DNA of 64,000 nucleotides from Phoronis australis (Eukaryota; Animalia; Phoronida): NCBI GenBank assembly GCA_002633005.1, contig NMRA01000057.1, positions 684,434 to 748,433 of the forward strand, read 5' to 3'. Shown piece by piece: positions 54,480 to 64,000 of this stretch (position 1 is its first letter; each line of letters starts with the position of its first letter). The notes under the pieces were generated by a model. It saw only the letters and a program-made list of their open reading frames with translations, ran no database searches and was not told where the DNA came from. The position numbers and the translations under genes were made by a program.

Positions 54480-54715
54480 CATGCGCGCACCCAGCCTTCA
54501 ATATGGTGGGCTCGAATTTCTGACGATGTGGACCTTTTGGCAACAAAAAAAGCGAGCGGACTAAAAAAAAGAAAAAAGAAACGGGGGCATCACCGTGCGT
54601 GTTTATGCTTGTTCAGTGGACTTGTTTCTCATTTTCTCGGACTTTTTGTTTCTCAGAGGCGAACCTTTTTGCCCACTTCGCCAAAAGGGGGGGNCCCCCC
54701 ACGGGTGCGCCCATG
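54480..54715. mobile_element. Short MITE with 13-bp TIRs
   Basis: catgcgcgcaccc ... gggtgcgcccatg (1 mismatch), with internal G/C runs and an N at 54694. Confidence 0.6.
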
Positions 54716-57700
54716 TTTGACTCAGACTTTCGGTGAACAAGCGAACCAAAGATGCGCTGGTTAGTGTTACTACGTGCTACGATCGCTGGGAATTATTGCT
54801 TTTTCACGAATGTGCAGAATAATTACGTCTAAGGAACGCAAGCCTGTTCTATTGATACAGATGTGGAAAAATCCACTGGCCTCTTGAAGTCGCTATCTGC
54901 CTGCGTTTATTTGCAGCATACGGGGATTCACTAAATAACAGGCACGCAGGTTGACAACATTGTGACTTTAAACGGCAAGAATGCATTAATGCGACAATAA
55001 ACATCAACGGTGATGATAATATAAAGCTTGTAAACATACTTTTCGAGATGTCCGTAAATTTACGAGTTTACCTTTCTAGTGAGGAAAGTCGTTACTAACA
55101 TTAATTCATTTTCACATAGGATATTACAAATAAACTCATCTTACTAGTAATACTTTTCTTTGGCTATGATGTTGTACACGGTAAAAACAGAGCATAAACT
55201 GACTCGAAAATACAATCGTTGACCAAAAGACTTTTTAAAAAGTTGGCGAGCTATTTTAGAAGTGGTGAAGAGCCCAGATGTGACTGTAGCAATACATTTG
55301 TGTCTTTTGAGCGCTAAAATAAAAAAGAACAGCACCCGTGAGCATTTTCTTCACGCCCGAGAACCACCTTTTCCATAAAATTGTGTTCTTTTTAAATATA
55401 ACGAACTACACCCAAAAGATTAAAACGAAATTAATTTTTAGAGGATATGATGTAAAGTGTTGTGTTGCTACTGGTTACCAAAGCTCCAGAAGTCTGCCAA
55501 TATTTTGACCTCATGGTTACACGTGTACATCTTGGACTATATGTTGTTATTTATATTCGAAATGTTTATCTAGACATCACACACCAGTCGTGTCAAAGTT
55601 ATACAATTTTCTTTTCTTTTGTTTACTTTCTAAATAAACGTTCATGTACTGTACACATATTAGAAGAAATACTTGCGTGATATCTAATTACAAAATGACA
55701 AACATTATCCAGGAAAATAACCATAAATGTGTACTATACCACTTTTTACGATCCCGATTTGTTACTACGCATAAAATGTAGCCAGGTACCTGCAAAAAAT
55801 CCGAGGCACCTGTTTGGCTGGAAACGTTAAACGCTGATTGCTACGTGTATGCGTCCCAAGGCGGGTAAACAAATGGAACAACTAAATATTGACATAACCA
55901 CGTCGGCTCTGATAATGGAAGTTATTTCCGGACAACTGGTCGCCGGTAAAAACGGCATTGTTGCATTTAAGTTGTGCATTGTATTCAAGTAAGTGTCATT
56001 GTCTGATCCCCTTCTTGTTAAGTTCCTAGGTACTGCCGAAAACAAGTTCTCATTTGTTCGCTCCAATTCAGTAAACCTTCAACAATTGGCCGAATAAACT
56101 ATGGATTTCCTGCAAAGTTTTGTCAATTAAAAATGCACTTTCTTTCGTCGAAAAATCCTTCCACAAAATTAACTCAAAAGAAAGTGAGCTATACTTCAAT
56201 AGTCGTGGAAACGACAAATGATCAGTTTCATAAATCACTTTCATAGATTGTTAGTGGTAATTTTTTGACTTGGACTTTCATAGCTGCAATTATGAGTAAT
56301 ATTTCTTTGTGTTTATCTGCCACGGCATGAAAGTTTTCAACACAAGTGAAAGAAAAACCGATTCGGCAACTTGGCAGAGTGTCAAAACAGTTGTATGAAG
56401 ACCAATTATGGGCGAGCCAATGGGTGGCCCGTTAGTGAGAGCTTGTCAACAGCGGTAAAATACACGTATGCAACAGGTACACGCTTAACGTTAAAATGGG
56501 AAGAAAAAAATTACGGTCTTGAAACAAAACATGTTTTGCGAATTGGCAACTTATTGGCAGACTTAACATGTCAAGATTTGGTCATTTTTGCATCCCCCTG
56601 TCCATACACATAGCGGTCACGCAGGAGCACGTACTTTCATAAGTTGAACATTGTACCACATGTGCAAGACTTCAGTGGGTGAATATGAAGAAATCCATGA
56701 CAGCTATCACATAGGGAGAAAAAGACCCTCGTATTATGAAAACTTGTGGCAAAATATGCATTGAATGGGCTACATGTAAATAAATGACCGAGAACATTCG
56801 CGAAATGGAGCGGGAAACAGAATGACAATAGTTTCATCAAAATAACCGCCCCCAAATTTCAATCTGCAGTTACTGACTAGACGGAGTCGGAATAACATTT
56901 CCAAGAGCGAGTGATCTCGCTCATCAATTATCGAATTGAGATGGCGCCCGCCTCACAACGATGCTTAGACCTAAGTTACAAAAATTCCAGTGAAACTGCG
57001 AACTAACGAACTTTTGCAGTGGTCCGAGGTGAAATGAATACCCACTTTACCGCTGACAAAAGTTTAGGAAAATTCCCAAAACCAGACTTATCCATTATAA
57101 TGAGCGTTCATCTAACAGCTGTGCGGATTTTTTGTCAATAACCCCACAGTCTGTCTTCTATTTTGCAGCTCCCTTCCAAAAAACCTTTCAAGTAATCAAA
57201 TAGTCAATACATTCTGAAAAATGGACTGGCGGAAATCTGAATGGGGGCGAGTTTTGCAATGCCATTCGTATATTCATGTACGTGTACGATTTGGCTTCTA
57301 CACATCAAACTTTGTATGGAATTCCGCTGTATATACAATCCGGAATTCGGTACAAGTATACCAAAGGCTTTTAGCTAACAGCTACAAACGGAACGCCCGG
57401 CACTTATTTACACATACATAAGTTTTACGTGTTTATTTTATCAAAACAACGCGACTCGGCAGGGAATATTTTGATCAATCAAAATTACTTTCGAAACCGA
57501 TTTCGAAGTTTCACATTGGCTTTCTTCGAAATTTACCACACAATAGATATTCATTAGTTATTGTTTGTGTGTATTCAAACTCCACACTATACAAACACTT
57601 TTAATTACGCACTAGGTAAATACATTAACAACTGCCTGCATGGTTTCATTCAAACGTGGAATTCAGTGTATGATTCGAAGAATTTGTTTTTCACTGAGTT

Positions 57701-57796
57701 TTACGATTGCCCATCATTCTTAGTGCATAATGCAATTCCAAACAAAAAACTAGTCACTGACGAAGCAAACCCCAATGCTGGTACGTGTATTACACA

Positions 57797-57848
57797 AGCA
57801 CGCACGCACGCACACATGCACGCACGCACACACGCACGCACGCACACG
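57797..57848. repeat. (GCAC)n microsatellite
   Basis: gcacgcacgcacgcacacatgcacgcacgcacacacgcacgcacgcacacg. Confidence 0.9.
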
Positions 57849-59926
57849 TTGTTTTTGTCACAGCAGGCCAGTCTGTTGCGCATCACTTTCGCTTGCGTTT
57901 TACATTACATTGTTTTATTCCACTGTCCACTCACTAATTAGTGTTAATTACTAATTCAATCAATGCCAAATCTCGCTCTACAATCAGCAATCTGAACAAG
58001 AAGTCATTGTCTCCCTCAGCTCTGAACTCACAGAAGGTCTAATCATCCAAACTATTTCATCGTTTCTTTTTTCCACAAGGCATACAATACAAAAAATGAT
58101 CACACAAAATACCGCTTTCCGTTAAACCGCAGAGACGCCCTGGTAATAACCGTTAGGACGTCACAATTATAATTACAAAATGGCTAAGACACCATTCTAT
58201 TTTTCCTGATAGTTTCTCTTCATTCTGTCATGAGGCAAGAGTATTTCGGCGATGAACATGACTTCCCGCCCAGCCGTTATGAGAATTCCGGCTCATGCTT
58301 TTGGCTTGTAGTGTACAGTGCATTTTAAATTGTAAAATATTGTGCTACGCTATTTTGAAACCTTTGGGTACTTTTAAATTTACAATTTAGTTTGGAATAA
58401 AATTTTTAATGCCAAAAGTACTTGATTTCGGACTGATAAAAACCAGCAAACATGTGAGGTACTCCATGACAGATGAATGAAACAAACGACAGAACAGAAC
58501 GGGGATTCCCAACAGTAACAAACCACAGAATATATAATTGTGTTGTTATAAAAAACACTAATAATTCTTACTTATAAGTCACAGAATAGTTTGAAGATAG
58601 TTGTCAATAAGTTTATTACCTTTTTCACAAAAATGCACAAAATATTATTTACAAAATATGGAAAATAATCAAAAACACCAGTACAAAAATAGAAAAAGAA
58701 AACAACAAATAGCAGAACATCAGGGCAAAAAGTAATAAAACCAAAGCCCCTAATGTAATCTCTGTATTAGAAACTTGACTAAAATTTTACCAATGATATG
58801 TTCCCATAAGCTACAAATTTGCACTGGAATTGATAGCCTTTGGCTAAGTTTAATCTGGTCTGGAAGATAAATCCTGATTTCCGAGATTAAACCAGGGGGT
58901 CTTGGGAAACAACCTCCCCTGGAAACCTTGACCTATATGTTTCTCATGCAAAAACAAAAAGTCATTAGCGACAACAACAAACCTCTCAAATTAACCAAAC
59001 TTCAGCAAATTTAACCAGGTGACTTACAGTAGAGTTTAACAGGAAGAATATCTTCTAATTAATCTTAATATCAAAAACTTTTTCAGTATTTGATAGAGGC
59101 TAATTTCCGTTTGAACTCTTTTGCTATAACACCAACAAAGAAGGTTAAATTTTCTAAATGTACTGTGGATAAAGTTGATGAATACAAAACAATGGATGTC
59201 TTTGACTTCCGGTGATGTCGTATATTTTCAAAAGCAGAAATTTCCATCAGTATTAAAACACAGGAGTCCTACGGAATTTTTAGTCGGTTTATGATTGCGA
59301 CCTTTCCCATGACATAGACTATCGATATAGTTTACAAAACACCAAACAACACAAAAGAATTGGCCGACACCTACACCCAAATGTCCAAATCTGGATCATC
59401 GCACCAATAACACTATGTTAGTTCATCAACTGACTCCAAACCACTTTTTATGACACTTGAACTGATTTTTCATAAATGCCAGTTGAAACCTACAGGTGTT
59501 GATCTACAAAAAGAGCAGAGATCGACCCAACCCTAGCTTAGCCCCCGAACCCTAGAGCGTCCCATACACAGCCAATTTTGTTTGACCATGATAAATTTTT
59601 TGTAGGACTTTACACGAAGCTGGTTTATCATCAATCATCATATTCTCATCACTGAGCAATGATGAATGATCAAAAGAAGTTTTCCACGAATCATACTTTG
59701 AATGATGATCATTCATCTTCAGCCTGATATAAATTCATATCAACCAAAATGGAGGTGTAACATGAGGCCCTACTGTCACAGTCCCTGCCCAGCTCTGCAA
59801 CTAAATAGCCAAGAGGTAAGTACCTATCACTGCTTGCGCTCTTTGGGGATCAGCACCTGTTGGTCTCAACTCACGTTTATGAAAAATCAGTGTCATGCTT
59901 TCTTATGACTAACCCAACAGAGTGTC

Positions 59927-60004
59927 ACGACAACCAACTGACTCCATAATGTCAACAGTATACTGACGACAACCAACTGACTCCATAATGTCAACATTAT
60001 ACTG
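59927..60004. repeat. Two-copy 39-bp tandem duplication
   Basis: acgacaaccaactgactccataatgtcaaca(g/t)tatactg occurs twice. Confidence 0.9.
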
Positions 60005-60858
60005 TTTCCAGGACAAGATTAATAAACATTTCTGACTGGAATATGCAAAACAGCCTTACGTCCACCTTCCGTCACAAAAATGGTTACTGTTACAATATTG
60101 GTCTGATATTGCTGTAAGTCAAATTCAAGGTGATTTCAGCAGGGGTTCATCACAATTTGCTATAGACCACGTAAATACGCTGAGAACGACATGAACTTGA
60201 AGGAACAATGGTTAGTTACCTACAAACCCATAAGTCACACCTCATGACACGTGACTTAAGATCGAACGTTGGTCCCACTTCCTAATTACGAAAAATGTTT
60301 TGGTTAAGTCATCATGAGTGGCGTCACTGTCTAGAAATAATTCATAGAAATCATATTGGTAAGTAGCAGCTATATGTGTACAATATCACGTCTGCATTTT
60401 TGCTCAGGTCAGATTTAGTTATTTTCCAGAAATAGAAGTGTGGAGTATAAGATCATATTTCTGGCTTAAGTCTCAAAACATGTTTCCTGAAATAGATGTG
60501 ATAGCAAGGAACAAGTTGAGATCAATTTTAAAGAGATAAGTGGTCCAAAACCATAAGTTTGCTTCTCGGACAGAACATGTGTTTATAGCCTGTTTATTTA
60601 TATTATATTTGATTGCATCATAACCACCCAAGTATAATTTGCAGCTAATGAGAATTCAGTGCTGCAGCAATCTGGGAATCTCCACACTGGCAAGCGTTAT
60701 GCTTTGAATTTAAAATTTCAAACTTCTATGTCTCAAATAGTTTTAACCTTCCTAATAACTTGGAATTGCTATTTTGAACCGTTAGTGCGTCAGTCAACTC
60801 CATATTTATAAAAAAATGTATTTCATTTGACTTAAATTATGTCTTTGTGCTGTTCCTG

Positions 60859-61013
60859 CAGTGGCGGATCTAGGATATCGCAAGGGGGGCCCCAACATTT
60901 TGTCTGTAAACATTTGCGCAAAGCATGATCGTAGATGTGCATAGCACCGAATGGGGGGAGGTCGGGAGGGGGGTTTGCCCAGGCCCCCTGCCCCCCCCCT
61001 AAATCCGCCTATG
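60859..61013. mobile_element. Short GC-rich MITE (CAGTGGCGGATCTAG-type ends)
   Basis: cagtggcggatctag ... ctaaatccgcctatg imperfect TIRs with G and C homopolymer runs inside. Confidence 0.65.
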
Positions 61014-62048
61014 TACTGCAAAGTAACAAAATGTAAATTCACACACAACAAGTCCCATTAACAATTTCATTTTGTCATCTGAGTTATGACGTAGGAGCAT
61101 GCAGTTATTAAAGTTCTTGGGAAAGTCTGCATCACAATCTCAGAAAAAATATAATCCTGAGAATTATGTGATAGAAGTCAGTAAAATATCAGATACCAAC
61201 TATAGCTTGCAGCTTGAGTTTTATACTGAGAAACTTGTAGAAAGCTTGCCAGTTTCTGACAGTGAAATCCAACATAACCGATGATATGTACAAAATAACG
61301 CATTTTGTTGCGCAGATAGCTTGTACCCTGAAGTTTTTATTGAAAGAGAAACTAGCACCAATTTCAGACGATCAGTGAAATCCTCTCAGAATTCCATGAT
61401 CTCTATAAATTTGCATACTTTGTTGCAAGCATCTCTAACACAAAGTATTACCACATGTTGCTTACAACTGTTTCATCCACAGGCTACCTTAGCTCTACTT
61501 CTGTAGTGAAGAATGTCTTTGACCCAGAACCAACTTTGTACAATCTCCTAAAATTGACAAACAAGGTACAATTTTTAAAAACACAAAAACCTTGTTGCAA
61601 ATCATTACAGTCATCAAGCTGCCAAATGCAGATCCACTATGATCAAGTAGTGACACTTGTTAAAAACACGGAGAAAAGAATTTTTACCTCTCATATCAGT
61701 GCTTTTCTGAGTTACATTATGTGTCATTTGATGGAACCAAGCCAAATAAGACTTATACTGAGACTGTGGGTGCGTCACCTTGGACACAATCTGAATAACG
61801 AAACTAAAAAAATAACTAAAAATACCCCCCGTTTCATTTCTTGATTATTTTCTCGTATCTTACAGATAAAAATACCATGATAAGATTTGTTCAGTTTCTA
61901 AATATACATTGTCTTTTTACTAATGCAAAGATTTTTAGGCACAACCTAATGTGAAATGGACTAAATAAGTGTGGAGGGTGGGTTTACTTGACCACAGTGT
62001 TAAGTAGAGAAGAGCGAACACTGCAAATGATGTTGAAGTGAGCGAAGA

Positions 62049-63661
62049 CTACTCATGATGTTGATTGAGGAGATGGCATGGTCTACTCTGACTAACAGTT
62101 TCAGCACTGTTGCAAAAATTATGACAGCAAACATTTCGTTCATCTCAAGGTGAAAAGTTAGGTAACAGGCCCACTTCCGATTTTTAAATCTTAAAAGTCT
62201 TGACTAGGTAGAAATACGCAGCACATGACCACCCTTGTTTTCAAAACAGCAATAACTCCTGTGTTGAATGACATGGGAAAAACAACCAGCACTGTCTAAT
62301 ATTCGCCCTTCTGCCAATTTATTGGTGTCACCATCGCAGTTGAAAATGAAACAATTCTAAAAGAATACAAGTTTGTCTGCATTACAATGACGTCTTACAT
62401 GATTTTTAAGATATGATAGTACAATGATGGATTACATGTTATTAAGATATGATAAAGTGACCAGACGGATTACATGATTATTAAGATATGATAAAGTGAC
62501 CAAACGGCCAGATATGATATCGTACAATGACGGATGACATGATTACTAAGATATGATATAGTGCAATGACGGATTACATGATTATTAAGAATTGATATAG
62601 TGCATGATGGATTACATGATTATTAAGAATTGATATAGTGCATGATGGATTACATTATTATTAAGATATGATATAGTGCAATGACGGATTACATGATTAT
62701 TAAGAATTGATATAGTGCATGATGGATTACATGATTATTAAGATATGATATAGTGCATGATGGATTACATTATTATTAAGATATGATATAGTGCATGATG
62801 GATTACATGATTATTAAGATATGATATAGTGCATGATGGATTACATGATTATTAAGACATGATATAGTGACTACACGGATTACATGGTTATTAAGATATA
62901 ATAGTACAATGACGAATTGCACGATTATTAAGATATGATATAGTGCAGTTATGGACTGCATGATTATTAAGATATGATATCGTGACTAGAAGGGGTGCAT
63001 TCCTTGTAAAGAAGCAAGACAAATTCTTGATACTTGTGTTGCATTGTGAGTAAATACCTTAGAATGGGAGTGGTGCAGCACTATTTTAGAACAGGCCTAT
63101 TGCTAGATTTTCATGAGAAATTTGCATTGTACACTACATCAGATGCAGTAATTAAAGGAGAATTTTGTCTAAGCATACAAGGGACTTGGTGTAGCACAAA
63201 GATGTCTTATGATTATCATTCGTCAGCACATGTTACACAAGACTGAAAGGTGATCAGTACAGGTCAAATACAAACTTTAATTTGTCACTGATTTTGCACA
63301 AGTTAGTTGCCAAAATTGTGAGGTTGATCAAATTGCTGCAAATGATAGAAATTCAATCAAATGCTGCGTCCTAAGCCACCTACACAGAAATTATTGTTTG
63401 CTAATTGAGTAAAATAACTACCATAAGCAATAAATTCAACAAAACTTAACAAATCCTAGTATGAATAAACAGTTATTAAAAATGTATAATGTTACAATCA
63501 ACAAGAGCAACGCAGAGCGTTGAAATGCGCCCACAATTGCACCGTATACGGTATCCTTCAAGGGTTGTTTATTGGTACCATAAAGTGGCCAGTAGAGGGC
63601 ATATATGTAGTATGTTGTACTTTGCAAAATGGAAAGGCATGGTCACTGTCTCCTCAATAGG
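62049..63661 (-). CDS. Possible last two coding exons (63661-63621 and 62106-62049) of an unidentified minus-strand gene: PIEETVTMPFHFA-N-AETVSQSRPCHLLNQHHE*
   Basis: Good acceptors (ttttgccccttag; tttttgcaacag) and compatible phase, but a weak gtacaa donor. Downstream 58.6-62 kb is T-rich on the minus strand with AATAAA at 58617-58612. No homology recognised. Confidence 0.3.
62387..62985. repeat. AT-rich minisatellite, ~38-bp unit, about 15 copies
   Basis: Consensus ggattacatgattattaagatatgatatagtgcatgat. Confidence 0.95.
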
Positions 63662-63859
63662 CTAAGGGGCAAAATGTGAGTGATCTTCATAATACAAGCA
63701 CATCCTGTACATCAGTTGCTTAAAGCACCACAGAAACATAGAATTAAAAACAAATTTACCAACATACGAGATTATTAGCACAGCATTAGAATGCCAGAAA
63801 CAAATTTCTACTTGGAACTTTTCCTTCATAGTCACGAAGTAACACAAAGTATACACCTG

Positions 63860-64000
63860 AAGACCTATGAAAATACAGAGGTCAATGTAAAATACTTAAA
63901 TTGCCACTAGAGGCATACCGGTAGTCAGAATCATCCTAAAGTCGTCATCGTCCGTTGTCAACATCACATAAATACACTTGCTAAATTTAGTAAAGATCCT
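63860..64000 (-). mobile_element. Second copy (fragment, runs off the window) of the satellite unit of the Helentron-like element at 17759-19489
   Basis: Reverse complement ggatctttactaaatttagcaagtgtatttatgtgatgttgacaac...ctgactaccggtatgcctctagtggcaattt aligns with about 18307-18445. Confidence 0.85.

Noticed and set aside
62387-62985. 38-bp periodic array resembling a CRISPR array in unit size
   Set aside because: Head-to-tail minisatellite without unique spacers.
63787-63880. Apparent minus-strand terminal exon (SSGVYFVLLRDYEGKVPSRNLFLAF*) after a tattttcatag acceptor
   Set aside because: The acceptor-like sequence is part of the Helentron satellite unit copy at 63860-64000, and the peptide is unrecognised.

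Overview
AT-rich, intron-rich animal genomic DNA, probably a marine invertebrate (species not identifiable from sequence alone). It is not prokaryotic, so most short ORFs in the supplied track are noise. (1) 1-28.5 kb, + strand: 3' half of a CSPP1 (centrosome and spindle pole-associated protein 1) orthologue, which I spliced by hand with consistent phases. It contains a nested antisense two-exon secreted C-type lectin gene, a probable alternative acidic terminal exon, several MITE/Helentron-type insertions and a 2-kb tandem duplication joined by a single N. (2) 31-50 kb, - strand, the main finding: two tandem paralogous genes with ~7-kb uninterrupted CDSs encoding ~2300-aa secreted proteins built like AB or polymorphic toxins. 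Domain order is signal peptide, pro-domain, furin site, 11 ricin-B-like QxW (beta-trefoil) repeats with a hydrophobic hairpin inserted in repeat 3, a conserved hydrophobic helical segment, a very basic linker, a Cys-x11-Cys loop and a C-terminal AID/APOBEC-like Zn-deaminase domain. Paralogue A has the intact HxE...SPCx10C motif and RIRR inside the loop. Paralogue B has lost both the Zn-ligand His (STE) and the loop's basic site. (3) 50-64 kb: a decayed THAP/Kolobok-like transposon, MITEs, a 38-bp minisatellite and possibly the 3' end of another minus-strand gene. Family assignments rest on motif recognition and recalled sequences; no database search was run.
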